64,000 bases of DNA from Paecilomyces variotii (lineage: Eukaryota), in NCBI GenBank assembly GCA_004022145.1, contig RCNU01000006.1. One strand, written 5' to 3'. Numbering within the stretch: position 1 is the stretch's first letter; every line of letters starts with the position of its first letter. Shown piece by piece: positions 1 through 13,400 of this stretch. The position numbers and the translations under genes are program-made. Under the pieces are notes generated by a model, which had not been told where the DNA came from, ran no database searches, and saw only the letters and a program-made list of their open reading frames with translations.

Positions 1-1233
1 CTTGTTCCAGCAATCTTTACGGAGAAACAGTGAATGGCTTTAACCGCCAGTTGACCTCTGGAGGCAGCTCGGGTGGAGAAGGAGCTTTGCTAGGTTTGAA
101 CGGCAGCGTGCTTGGCCTTGGAACCGATATTGGAGGAAGTATTCGCAGTCCTGCGGCAAACAATGGCGTCTATGGTCTGCGCCCAACAGGTGGCCGGTTC
201 CCTTTCGATGGCTTGGCAGCTGCAAGAGGTGCACAGGGAATTCCTGCTGTGATGGGCCCAATGAGTACGAGTAGAGCCGGGCTGAGGTTACTGATGAAGA
301 CAGCGCTTGCTGCGAAGCCATGGCTGAAGGAAACTTCGCTCTTCCCATTTCCTTGGAGAGACCAAGAGAGTTATCTGCAAAGCGATTCAGGGAAAAAGCT
401 CAAGGTAGCCGTTATATGGGATGATGGCGTGGTTAGACCACATCCCCCAGTCACGAGAGCTCTGAAGGAGCTTGCAGATAAACTCAAGAATGTGTCAGGT
501 GTGGAAGTCGTGGATTGGAAACCATACAAGCATGACTACGGATGGGAGCGAATTGCGTCTCTGTACTACTGTGATGGAGCGCATGACGACTATGATATCC
601 TTACTGACGGTGGTGAGCCTATGCTGCCGCTCTCGGAGTTCATAATCAAGAACAATCCCTACAGGAAACGCCTTCAAATGGAAGACTTATGGGATCTGCT
701 CCAGAAGAACGAAGAATACAGAAGAGCCTATGCCAAGCAATGGAACGACACAGCTACCGGCCTCGATAGTGATGGAAATCCAGTCGGCATGGTGGATGTG
801 CTCCTTTGTCCCGTGGGTCCGGGTGCTGCACCCCCTATAAACGAGGCCAAATACTGGGGATATACAGCCCAGTGGAACCTACTGGATTATCCAGCGGCAG
901 TCTTCCCGGTTACTCGAGTCATTCCAGATGTTGATACAGTAGAATCCGATTACAAGCCAAGAAACGAGAAAGATGAACACAACTACAAACTATGTAAGGT
1001 GGCTTTCCACTGTATTGGGATAAGGCTAACTAGTTCTAGATGACCCAGAAGTATATCGTGATGCCCCTGTGTCACTGCAGCTTGTAGCCCGTCCTTTCGA
1101 CGACGAGAAGGTACGCTTTCCTGTATAAAAATTGGCACAGAATTTCTGCTTACAATGGGGTCTTTAGCTTCTCGAAGCTCTTGATTATATCCACGAACAA
1201 ACAGACTTGCCTTTCTTGTCGAGGTATACATAG
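1..1233 (+). CDS. Amidase-signature family enzyme (acetamidase/AmdS-like); 5' end lies outside the window; introns ~994-1039 and ~1111-1167
   Basis: Amidase signature motifs GGSSGGEGA and GLGTDIGGSIRSPA; YTAQWNLLDYPA; spliced C-terminus APVSLQLVARPFDDEK/LLEAL ends at TAG 1231-1233. Confidence 0.9.
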
Positions 1234-1886
1234 GGCGAGGGAGAATAACACACATAAACAATTATCGATGTCGAGCATGGTATCCCGTGTCATTAATCTC
1301 GTCCCGTTGAAGGCATCTCAGTCATATGTACCGGACCGAGGAACTTCAGAAACCTTGGGAATGGTGTATGCATTTCCTTTTCGATTAACAATAATGACCT
1401 TTTTTTTTATCACCAGATAACCTATAACTTCCACATTTAGACTTCTGTTTCAAATGATTCGTGGTAGTCACGTGATCACAGTAGGATTGAATTCGCGGTC
1501 CGTTCAGTCAGCGCCGTCTCCACGCCTGATTATCAATGGACATACTTAGTCCGGTGGCGACAACAAAGCAGGACGGCGACTACCTTCTAGTTTTTCAACC
1601 GCACATCTGCAGGTCCAGGCTGCAGTCTCTCTTTTGTCAAGGATAGTTTGTTCTGTGTTTTTTTGTCTGTACTTCGATACCCTTCTCGCAATCGGCACCT
1701 ACCTTGCTGACGTGGACGCTGCCTGTCCGCTCCGATTCGCCCTGCAAGGCTGGCGGCGAATCATTTCTTATTGCTCGCATAAGCTACTGCATTTCAATAC
1801 CCCTAGAACAGCACTCTTTGTTCTCTGTTATTGTATATACCTACATCTATTCATTGAGTTTTTTGAGTGCAGGGTGACTTTTGAGG

Positions 1887-3219
1887 ATGCGGGAGCTTGA
1901 TCCTTTGATTTCTGAATATCAACATGACAAAAGCAAGCCCCGAGAGTCCGAGGCACTCTTTACGCTCCGCAAGGTGGCTTCCCTGGTGAAGCCCATCATG
2001 CGGCAGCGAGGCTGGAGAGTTGGATTATTATGTGAAATGTACCCAAAGGAACGTCACCTTTTGGGTCTGAATTATGATCACGGGCGAAAGATATGCCTCC
2101 GACTGCGGCACCCGTCTGATGAGCGACAGTTCCTCGGTCTTGAAGAGGTCGTCGATACTATGTTGCACGAGTGAGTATCGCCCTCTCATTTTTTTATGTG
2201 TGGCGTCCTTGCTGATTTGCTGTAGACTCTGTCATAATAATATTGGGCCCCATAATAGCGAATTTCATAAGCTATGGGACCAGCTGCGTGACGAGTATAC
2301 AACGCTCAAAATCCGTGGCTATACCGGCGAAGGCTTCCTTTCGGAAGGAAAGCGTCTTGGTGGCCGGCGTATACCCATGGACGAAGCTCGGAGACTCGCT
2401 CGTGCCAATGCGGAGAAGAGACGGGGTTTGTATGCTGGCTCTGGTCAGAAAGTCGGCGGAGCTCCTGTTAAGAGGGGGGCCGATATTCGCAAAATCATCG
2501 CAGATGCTGCTCAACGACGAATCGAAGTGACTAGAGGCTGCGTCTCTGAGACCGACCAGACCTCAAAGCTTGCGGACGAAGTTTCGCAGAATGGCTTTAG
2601 AACAAAGGCTGAAGAAGAAGACGCCAATGAGCAAGCTATCATGCAAGCCTATATCGAGTTGCTCCAAGAGGAAGAACGGGAGAAATACGGCGAGTCGTAT
2701 ATCCCTCCAAGTCAAGAATTACCTGCCGGTCCTCGGACAACTCTATCGCCGCCTCCAGTTCCAGAGAGCTCAAAACCGAAGCCGCCCACACCAGCACGAT
2801 CTTCATCCACGCCTCAGGGCCCTAGTGGCCAAATATCTAATAACGCCTCATACGATCAGCCCTGGACATGTCCCATCTGCACGCTTGAGAATCCACCGGC
2901 TTATCTCTGCTGTGATGCTTGCACCACTGAGCGTCCTGTACCCTCTAGCATGAAATCCTCATCCGATTCGTCCAGTAAGGGTAAAACAGTGGAGCATCCT
3001 GGCCGGAATCCCGTTCGTCGAAATACAATAAAATCATCACCGACTGACAGATTAGTGAGACCTCGCAGCAATGCTGCTGAACTGCTCTCTTCCTTAGAGA
3101 AGGAGAGGGAGAGTAAGTCGAAGCGACCTCTGGGGTGGCTATGCCATCAATGCGGAGCCTTCATGGAATCCCAGTGGTGGACATGTTCAAGTTGTGGAAC
3201 AATGAAGCAGGTTTCGTGA
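1887..3219 (+). CDS. WSS1: WLM-domain DNA-dependent metalloprotease (Wss1-like) with two C-terminal RanBP2-type zinc fingers; intron 2171-2225
   Basis: Splicing restores the HELCH (HExxH) motif after LLGLN...KICLRLR; C-terminal WTCPICTLEN..CDAC and WLCHQC..WTCSSC fingers. Confidence 0.9.
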
Positions 3220-3582
3220 CAAAATCTTTTCATTTTGACCCGTGTTCCTATAATAGACAGACAACAGGGTCCTTCAAGTCTTTCCTAGTGCTATAGCTCT
3301 GGGATTAGCGGCATTATGATTCATGCATGATACGGAAGAAGAGGAGTTCGGGGTTTTACTGTATGTAATACAAATATAGCTTGCGATGAGAAATGCCAGT
3401 ACAACAACGATTGCTAATTCTAATATAGAATCGTCTTTTGGTTAGCCATATCCTTGCGATTCTGGTGACTATAGCCCAGAAGCATGTTGATGGTGGACTG
3501 TATTGTCACTATTCGTGTCCATTCCACTTTGAACATGATATCCACCCTCGTAGTTCCTCATCAACACCGCGACTCCACGGGA

Positions 3583-4257
3583 TTAATTCCCCTTCAATTC
3601 ATTCGCAATCTCCTGCACACTCTTCATCGCCTTCGCATTATTCTCACCCACATCCAACGACACGAGAATCCGACTAACGGCATTATACCCCGCAACCACC
3701 GCCGTCAATTCCACAATTTTCCTTTCCAACTCCTCGCCCTCAAACCCCTTCTTCAACGCATCAAACGTCTCATCCCTAACCTTCACCGAAACAGTCATCT
3801 CATCCGTGTACAAGAGAACCGCCAACTCCACCTCCCCGGCACCAGATCTCTCCAACGCCTCCTTAACATCACCATCCACTTCCTTTTCAGCCAATCGAGC
3901 CGTCGCAGCACGTTTCAACTCCATAACTGACACTTCTCTGGCATACTGGAGGACAGAAGGCGGTAGTCCCGCTTTTAGTGCCAATGGCGCATGCGCGTTC
4001 CATTCGTATACAGCATCATTTACCACAGCGATACGGCAGATGGCTAGCTCCAGCAGAGATTGCGGGACGATGGTCTTGGTTCGGAGCGCCCCGACGAAGG
4101 AGTTGTATCCGTCTGCGACGGGTGGTGTGTGTAGGAGTGCGAGATCAAGAGGGATGAGTGGGCGTGGGCGACGGCGGGCTGCGATGCGGTTGTATATCTC
4201 CGTTGTGGTGGGGTCTGAATCTTCAGGAGGTTTGGAGGGGGCGTAGGGGATGCGCAT
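3583..4257 (-). CDS. AhpD-like / carboxymuconolactone decarboxylase family protein
   Basis: Intronless 224 aa ORF with LLHTPPVADG, ELAICRIAVVNDAVYEWNAH and ELTAVVAGYNAVSR motifs typical of this fungal family. Confidence 0.8.
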   Translation of the reverse strand: MRIPYAPSKPPEDSDPTTTEIYNRIAARRRPRPLIPLDLALLHTPPVADGYNSFVGALRTKTIVPQSLLELAICRIAVVNDAVYEWNAHAPLALKAGLPPSVLQYAREVSVMELKRAATARLAEKEVDGDVKEALERSGAGEVELAVLLYTDEMTVSVKVRDETFDALKKGFEGEELERKIVELTAVVAGYNAVSRILVSLDVGENNAKAMKSVQEIANELKGN

Positions 4258-5913
4258 TTTTTTAATATCTCTGTGGTTCTTCTCGAAGGGGATTCGAAGA
4301 GGGATTGGTTGATATGGATAGGAGGGAGGAGATGACGATGCTATTAAATGGTAATAGGTTGGAATCGATTAATGATGGACGGAAGGGTGGATTTCTAGAA
4401 GAAAGGGGTTGAGTCTGAGAGAAGTTGTCTCATAACATAGATATACCGCAGGAAAGTGAAAAGGCTCTAGATTACTATTGATATTAATACCTCCTGATAG
4501 AAATCGTGGAGTTAGGTATTCAATGCGGCCAAAATGCGGAGATGGATAGCACACTAATCGCCTCAAAAGCGTAGCCGGGTAAGAAAAGAACCGGAATCAC
4601 GGTTAATCTAAGCTTTGCTTGATTCGCTTATTTGTGACTACTCAGCGAAACGGGACGAACTATGGAATAGGTAATTTTTGACATTGGAAGAGACAAGTTC
4701 AAGTACCACGTCTATATGCGAATGTGTCCATGTCATTGAATTTGTATTGGTTAATTGCAGGAGCAATGTGGAAAGTTTTGTATAGAGATAACTGGTTATA
4801 TTCCATTCTTTTTTGATAAATATAGGCGCATTATTACAATTCATCTGAGTGAGTTTTTACTGCAAAGCAAAAATCACACAAGTATCTGCGCTTTAATTAA
4901 ACATCTGTAAGTAAAAATATTCCCCGCGATTCTCACGATTGAGGGGTGTTGTAGTGGCAGCCTCACGTCTCAGGCAACACGGCAACAGGTCAGACCCAGA
5001 GGGTTAGGCGCCATGACTAAGCAGAACTCCACTCAAGCTTGAACTTTTTCCTTTTCCTCCAACTGCCGCAAAACTCATCCAAAAAAATATCTCTGAAGAT
5101 GTGTGATGGCAATTGCAACAACAACAATAATGCTCTAGATACCTGTGATAATCTCCAGGATAACTCGCATGCGATTAATTCATAACAGGTAAAGTGAATA
5201 CTTCTCTAACAACAACAAATTTACCCCCCCTTCACAATTCCTCATGATCAATTATTTCCCTTGACATTCTCGAATAAAAAAAGAAAAGAAAAGAAAAGAA
5301 AAACCCCAATATGATGAGAAACATTCTTTGAACCTCAATATTTAGGAAGAGCCGGAAGAGGATGGCAGAGAAAGATGAAAAGAACGTCTTCTCTGTCGTC
5401 GATGCTTAGAATGGTTCTGCTGATGGAGTTTATTCATGCCCGTTGTTTATCTGTTTCACTTCCCTGAGCCATTGATCTCGCCGTTCGGTCTGCGGAAGAG
5501 ACTTGTTGCTGACGGAGTTGGAATTTAGGTATATCTAGCGTCTGTTGAGCGACCGATGGCGATGGTCTTATAATGGTTATGAGTGCATGGGAACATATGG
5601 AATTGGACCGTTCACATTCACAGCACTTTGGAGTTTTGATCTTAGAGCCTCTTGGAAGGGAAGTCTGATCGCCGCTGCTATATGCTGGGCTTTGAGTAGA
5701 TCTCAAACACCACATAAAGTGTGATAGTCTATCGATGAATAGCATGGAATATAATGGTGTCTATCGAAATAAACAGAAATTCTATATTGCAAACTCGTAC
5801 TTTTTTTGACCCGCCCACTCCCAAGGATATAGAACTTTTCCAAAATGGTACATTACAAGACATAACGAAACGCCGCCAACATGCATCTGTTGCCGCAAAC
5901 TTTTATCCTCCAA

Positions 5914-8900
5914 TCAAGCAACACTAACGAATGCTCGTTTCTTGCCCGTGCCCTTTGCAGGCTGTTCATCCTCCCAGGTGTCCACATCGACATAGTCTTT
6001 CCGGGTCCGCTCCCGGACCTGTGTGCTGATGAACTGCAAAGCAGCAAGGTTGAAGCCCATCTCATCCTTCTGCCTGGCCAACACACGACGCAGTGATGCT
6101 CGGATACCGTCAAGCATAGGACGCATCATGCGGCTTGCGATGATCTGCCGGTGATGAGTCTTCAGCATGAAGAAGAGCACACGGCAAGTGAGCGGAATAT
6201 TCCACTCACGCTCCGCCCAGATGTTTAAGAAGGTGAAAAGTGCAGGCAGTTTAGAAAATGGCAGAACCAGGAGAGCGTCCTGCAGAGCAGCTGCCGGGAT
6301 CTTTTCCACCACATTGAGTAGATGTCGTTCGGCAGAGATGTTGCCCAGTGCCATGTATAGCGGGTTTCGAGCAGGGGGAGCTGCATTGGGTTGAGCAGCT
6401 TTGACTTGCTTCCATTGCCGGACAACTTCGAGATCCTCCATACCCAGGTCAAGAGCCTCGACGATCCTTTCTCCAGCCATTAAGGTGACGACTGTTTGCT
6501 TGCCCGCGTCGACTGCCTCTGCCTTTTCACCATCTTCATCTTCTTCCTGCTCGAGAGATGCTGTGAGGGTGCTTTCATACAACTCCTCAAGTTCTTTCTC
6601 TCGTTCTTCCTCGAGGAAGATCTGCTCATCAGTTTGCTGCCAGGTACGGATGCTCTTGTCATGACTGGCGCTGACGAGGAATTCCCCCGAGTGGCTCACC
6701 GCTAAAGCCCAGATCTCACCGTGGTGACCCTCCAGTTTCTGGATCTGTTCAAACTTATCGCCATCCCAGTACTTGATTACGCGGTCTTTGCTTGCACTGA
6801 AGAAGTTATGTCCGTTGCCTTCGTTGTTATTGGGAACGAAAGCGACAGCCATAATACTGTCCTGGTGTGCGAAGAATGCCTTGTGGCAGTCACCGAAATC
6901 AAGACCCCAGAGGCGCACATTCTTATCAGCGGAACAAGTGACGATCAACTTGCTGTCGTAAGATATATCCATATTCAAGACGGGGAGCTTGTGGCCGTAT
7001 AGGTTGAGGAAGAGTTTGAGAGTATCAACAAAAAACACCTTGACTGTGTTGTCCAGAAGAGATACAGCCAGAAGACGAGCGTCAGGCGAGAAGCGGAGAC
7101 TGAGGATATCATCATTGACCTTCAATGTCCTGGTGTGAACCAGCTTGAGTCGGGGTGTAGTCCGCTTGGTCCCAAGGACCTCTTCCTGAACGACTTCAAA
7201 TTTCCAGAACTTTGCTGTTTTGTCTGCACTACCCGTCACCATGGACTTGCCATCCGGGTGGACTTGCAGAGTCCAAACAGGACCATCATGAGCTTTAACA
7301 GTGTCCAGCAGAGTAGAAGACGCAATGTCGAAAACCTCCAAATCACCATTCTTGTTGCCCACAACGACGATTTTGTCTCCAGGAAGGAACGTAGAACAGA
7401 GAGAGTAACCGCACTCTAAGGTACGCAGGCAATTCTGTGTCCTCACATTCCAGATCTTTAGAGTGCCGTTTGAGGCGGAGGCCAACATTCGGTCGTCAGA
7501 ACTCAAGGCTACTGACCGAATATCTGTTCTGTGACCCGGGATATCCACCGCGAGTGTCCGCGTATAATCGTTCTCCTCTGCATCCTTCTTCTTCTTGCTG
7601 GCTGTCGCCACGTTGTAAGTTTCCAGTTGATTGTTGGTCGTGGCCGCGAGGAGCTGCAGATTACCACTTGACTTCGTAGTGATCCAGTCGAAAGATCGCA
7701 TCTTTCCACCTGTCCGGACGATGACATGAGGCACGAAAACCTCGGTCACAGGAGCAGTAGATATATCCTCAGGCTTATCTTCGGCTGGCACAACCGCTTT
7801 GTCTTCACCGGCTGCACGCTCAGCTTCCTTCTCCTTTCTTCGCTTGCGCTTCCTTGCCAGGCTCTTCTGCACCTCAGTTTCTGAGCGTATCCGCCAGATT
7901 TCAACTGCCTTTTCAGAGCCATGAACACCGATATAATCCGACCGCGGATGAAAGCGAATGCTGATAGTGCGATCCTTGCCGTTGCGATAGAACGTACCCC
8001 TCTCGGTCAAAATCCGACGATTCTCGAAGCCGGCCTTTTCTTTCGAGATTTCGATCATCGCATTCTCATCAATTGACCACACCTTAAGTTCTCCATCGTT
8101 TCCTGCTGTAATGCAGCCGCTCTGGTCGGGCGACAGGCCAAGAGCCCAGCATTCCCCATTACTCTGCGCAACGTGCGTCTCGATGCAGTGCTGTGAAGCC
8201 AGATCCCAGACTTTTATCAGAGAGTCTTTACCAGTTGTCAATAGGAATCCTCCATGGTCACTTTGCGTCGCGCCGGTGAGCTCTTCGCTGTATTCCCCCA
8301 ACGGGTTCAGGAAATGTAGAGAAGTGACCTGATCGGTGTGTCCACGAAGCTTGTACAGACCGACTTCAGCTATAAGATCCCATACTATAATATCCGTGTC
8401 CCTCGAACCACTGGCGAGTCGCACTCCAGCCTTGTCGAAGGCGAGGTGGGTGATAGCTGATTTGTGACCATTGAAAGAGATTATGATTGTCGAAATCCTT
8501 GAGTCCCATAGTCTGATGCTTCCGTCCTCGTAACTGTGCAGATAATCAGTGTATGCCCATTACAACAAATTTTCTGCGCACTTACCCAACTGCGAATATA
8601 TCTTGATCGGTCTTGCTTTGCGTGATAGCAGTAACTTCAGCGTTACAGCCTGGATCGCGCCATCTGCTGAGCAGTTCACCCTTCTTCACATCCCAGCACA
8701 GGACCTCTTCGCTTGCTCCGACTATTGCCCGTCCTGCGCCTGTTGGCCTCGCCGTCCCAAAGACATCTTCGTCTCTGGTCCAGACCGCATTGGAAGAGGC
8801 GGACGCGACGAGACCAAAGGTGTGGGAATGCTCGAATTTCCTGTGATTGTCAGTTTTCCAGAGCCATAGCGCATACTATCTGGACTGTTTTACTCACAAA

Positions 8901-8914
8901 TACGACTTGACCAT
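5914..8914 (-). CDS. DIP2: U3 snoRNP / SSU processome WD40 protein Dip2/Utp12; two short 5' introns
   Basis: Start MVKSY at 8914 followed by a GTGAGT donor; many WD40 repeats (LKLFLNLYGHKLPVL, LWGLDFGDCHKAFFAH); C-terminal Utp12 domain (LQDALLVLPF...GFNLAAL). Confidence 0.93.
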
Positions 8915-9166
8915 CTTTGAGCGCTGCGGACAAAAATTTGGAGCTTGCGCTGCGTCTGGGCAACTTTTCGTATCGATACGCCGCTAGCGCCGCAACTTCC
9001 CCGGCGTCTACGGGCAGCCACAGCGACCCGCTGAGCAGCGATACCCACACGCGGCCTGGATGACGACCGTAGACCAGCGCCAACTCCCCCAGACTGAAAC
9101 CAACATCACTGCTGCTCGCTGAGATCAAGGAAGGGGGCTCAGTGGCATGCTTGACTGTCTTTCGCC

Positions 9167-10403
9167 ATGCTTCTCCTCGACTACCAGAACGTTCTGATCC
9201 AATCCCTCCTAACGGAGCGGTTCTCCGGGTACGACCCCGCCAATCTACACATGGCTACTCGAGGCAGCAGCTAACTCCCGTTGCTAGAGGGCCCCCAGTG
9301 TCGATCGACCAGGTTGTCTCTGACTTTGACGGTGTTACCTTCCATGTTTCGACTCCCGAATCCAAGACCAAGATCCTTATCTCCATTTCTGTGAAGTGTT
9401 TCCGAGAATTGGTGCAGTATGGTGCTCAGGCGGTGTTGGAGCGGGAGTACGGTCCCTATATCGTCACTCCGGAACCGGGATATGATTTCTCGGTCCTGAT
9501 AGACCTCGAGAACCTTCCGGCTGAGGCTGAGGCGAAGGAGGAACTGATCATGCGTCTTGCTCTGCTGAAGCGGAACGCAATGGCAGCTCCGTTCGAGCGC
9601 GCATTTGATGAATTCGCCAAGCTGTCCGAAGAGGCCTCGAAATACACAACGGAAGCTGCTCCGCAGGGTGTCAGGGAAGGTGGGGAGGTCATGGCTATCC
9701 ATTACCGAGAGGAGGAAGCTATCTATATCAAGGCAAGCCACGATCGGGTCACCGTGATATTCAGCACGGTCTTCCGTGAAGAGACGGACCGTATCTTCGG
9801 AAAAGTGTTTTTGCAGGTATGAACATTCTTGTGAGTCTGCCTCAAAAGGGGTCAAACTGACAGATTCGCAGGAATTCGTCGATGCTAGGCGTCGCGTCCT
9901 CACGCTACAGAATGCGCCGCAGGTCCTCTTCCGCAGCGACCCCCCATTGGAGTTGGAGGGTATTCCAGGGCTGAAGCACGCGAACGAAGATGATATTAGC
10001 TATGTTACTTTTGGTACTACTACTATTCGATCTATTGAACTGATTCAAAGCTAACAGATGAACAGTCCTTTTCCCTCGTCACTTGACCCCCCAGCGTCGC
10101 TATGAGAACATTTCTCACATCCAAACCTTCCGTGACTATTTCCATTACCACATTAAGGCTTCAAAGGTAATATATGAACTGAGATTGTATTGGTGGCCGT
10201 GGTGCTTATTTTATCGTGTCCAGGCATACATCCACACCAGAATGCGGAAGCGAACCGCTGATTTCCTGCAAGGTAATGACGTCCTGGTTCTATTTCTTAA
10301 TCCAAGCATGCTGACCGGGCTAGTTCTCAACCGCGCACGACCCGAAAACGAGGAACGAGAGAGAAAGACGGCCAGTGGTCGTACATTCAGAGTCCAGGCT
10401 TAG
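9167..10403 (+). CDS. ARC35: Arp2/3 complex 34 kDa subunit (ARPC2/Arc35), multi-exon
   Basis: [15 protein letters not shown] start; [46 protein letters not shown] across GT..AG introns. Confidence 0.95.
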
Positions 10404-13400
10404 AGCGGATCCATATCATCCTGTTTATATTCGCAACTTGAGAGACACGGGCGCCATTTTCCTTAGAATCCAATGCGGAGAGGCCTTTAAGATGCAGCGT
10501 CTCACATTGCCAACATGTAACTGAAAACTTTCTTTGTTCGTTCTGAGAGCGCGAGAGGACATGAAGTGTACCGTCGACACTCCGGTGCAGCATGGTTGAA
10601 ACTGCTGGCTTTCTTCTCTATTAGCCTTTCGCCGATATGATAACCTGTGGTCGGGCCGCTCGCATGAATTCGAAGTCGTTTTGTCTCTATAGCCGCTGGC
10701 AGGCAGGCAATGGTTACGTCGCATCAGGGCTTGAGGAATAATGGATGTGCGATTCGCTCTCAGTGCTAGGTAGATCATCGACTTGAAAATGATAAATAAT
10801 ACTTCATAGCTATAGTGATACAATGAGATGCAACTGTGCGTCAAAGTCCGGGGTACCCCAAAGCGATATTGGGCAAGTTATGCTTAGATCAAGGATATCG
10901 CTGAAACCTGATCCTGGACAGAGTAGCAAATCCGGTCTACCCTCCATATTCTTAACCCCATCCCCGCTCATAACGGTGTTTGCCCTATCTCGATCGTGTA
11001 CGACAGTACCTTCCTTAACCGATCTGAGATACCAACCCCGTAAATCTGTGGTTGGACGCGGAATCCATCCCGGCTTATTTAGCTCCGGCAAGTCTAAGTA
11101 TCCCAGCAAGACCCAATTTTTGGATCTCATAGCTAAAGGGGTCCAGGATAGATATGCACGATACGATAGGCCTCGACAGTGATTGATAGTAAGTCTAGAT
11201 CACAAGGACCCGCTTGTGGTTTCCTTCCTTGTGCCGGAATTGCAGGTAGTCTGGGATGCAAAGTCTGGTCAGTCTCTTAAACATAAGAATGTTGATTCAA
11301 ACTAGGGGCAGTAACTGCTACGGCCGTCAGACCCATCCACTCACTCGACCAGCTTTACAATCCGGGAAGAGGAGGTTTCACGATCTGAGGGTGGGGTTGC
11401 CATACTCGAGCCAGATGCATCCGCATACTGTCCGTACTTTTGTATCGATGTATTATCCACTACAAGAAAAGGAATTGCTGGGATCATATTGGTTGCCACA
11501 GTCCTGTAAGTGATGCAGTTCATCGATGGCCGAATGCGGAGCAAGACATTCGTTGATCTACTGTGCAGGTGCTTTTAGGACGACATACAGAGTACTTCTT
11601 TATTCTCGATATGTGGACCTTTGTACTCCGGAGATAGCCCGTGCATATATTAAGACCCTTTTTTTTTCTGCAGATTAGAGCGTCACCGATAAAATGGCAC
11701 AAGTGGCAATTTTCATGGTTTAAAGGACGATCAATGCTATTGATTCAGTAAATGAGCATAGAAGAGAGCCTGTATTTGGCCATCTATGTGAGACTCCCCT
11801 CAGATACTGAAAACTGGACTGCCGATCATCCATGATTGTCAGCGTATATCATATCTGCTGGTTCCAATCACTCACATCATATCGACGGCCACTTAGAGAC
11901 GACACTCAATGGAGTCTTTCTGCCAGCTATTAAGCGTCATTTAGTCCTAATTCCCTCGGTCGGTACTTAGTCTCGCTTTATTCCCCTAGAATCTGAATAT
12001 CGCTTTCTCAGACTGCGCGTAATCCTGTATTGAAGAGTACTTTAGTCCATACTTTGTACGTCTTAGCTGTCTTAGATCGATCCCAGATGCTCGGTTCGCA
12101 ACTAAAGTGCCCCATCACGACCGAAGTCCGTGGGTAGCGAAACTTTACTTTATTTACGGGTACAAACTATAACTTTATTTTCACCTATGTATAAACTCTC
12201 ATCGAAATGCGACCATAGAGCAGTCTATACTTTTGAGAATATGGGCGTTTAACTCCTGCTTCGTAAAAGGCAAAGGATTAGTGCCCGTACTTGTTGAGTT
12301 CTCCGAAACAGATGCTACTACAACGATGGCTGGCATTTGAATCCTAGCCAGTCGTCATTCAAATTCCCCTATGGTTGGTCCCCCGGGATTTGTTTTAGGC
12401 GTTCTCAAGGCCTGCAAGAGATGGCGTGCATAGTGACTTGCATAGCGCGAACTCATCCTCTGACCGGTTATCTGACTACAAGTTCAGCGCGAAGTCGACC
12501 TTCGTGTGAAAGTCTACTTAGTACTTGCTTGGTCAGAATGAATCGCGAACACGATTAGCCTCTCTCCCAGTGGTTTGGTTCGACCCCCACGGGTTTCCTT
12601 ACCATGGCGTTACGCCTATCACATCATACGGCCTCCCATTGAATTAGTGCTAAGTCTTGGTCCCACGGCGTAGCGCTCACAAGAGGTGAGAAAGATGATC
12701 ACGAGGATTTCGCGATCCTGTGTACCTACCAGCGACGAGCACCGATAGATATTCTGAGCGATATCCTGGCAAGGATCTCGAGGTAAACTATAGGTGATGC
12801 ATGGGGCAGAAGTTTACGAGACAGATCACCCTATGACGCAAGTCGCACCCAGGGTGCTTGTGTAACTATCAGATGAACTACGCCTTACCCTGCCAGTGAG
12901 ATCTCGGTGTGACTCACCACGATCTCGGGATTGAGGCTCGTGAAAAGGGAATGTGATCTCCATGCAGGGAGAGCCAGGGAAATCCCAGCAGATATAGGTA
13001 CCCTGGTATGCTTCGGTACTCATCCGGAACTTATGCTGAACCATCCTCCTTGGAGAAAAGTATGTGTGTAGCCGTTGCTTATCTTTTTTAATATCTCTAG
13101 CTTTAGCAACGGTAAATTGTACCTGACAAAGATACATTCACCGCCGGAGTAAGCAAGTAGAGTAACACATAAGCATAGCCCCAGTCTCATCCGCAGGAAG
13201 TATCGAAACTATATTGCTCGTGCTTTTCTTCTTGCTCACCGACATAAAGTTCACGTGTAGTATGATGTGCTACGAGTCTGCCATCCAACTTTAGAGATCT
13301 TTATACGGTGTGTCTTGATTCCATGTGTTGCCACCGGGGACCCTGCAGGATTAGTGTTCGTATGTATTTGGTCGGTGGGAGTCGGAGGGTGTCTTGGTTA

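Noticed and set aside
12560-12600. tRNA T-loop-like GGTTCGACCCC
   Set aside because: No D-arm, anticodon arm or acceptor stem can be folded around it.
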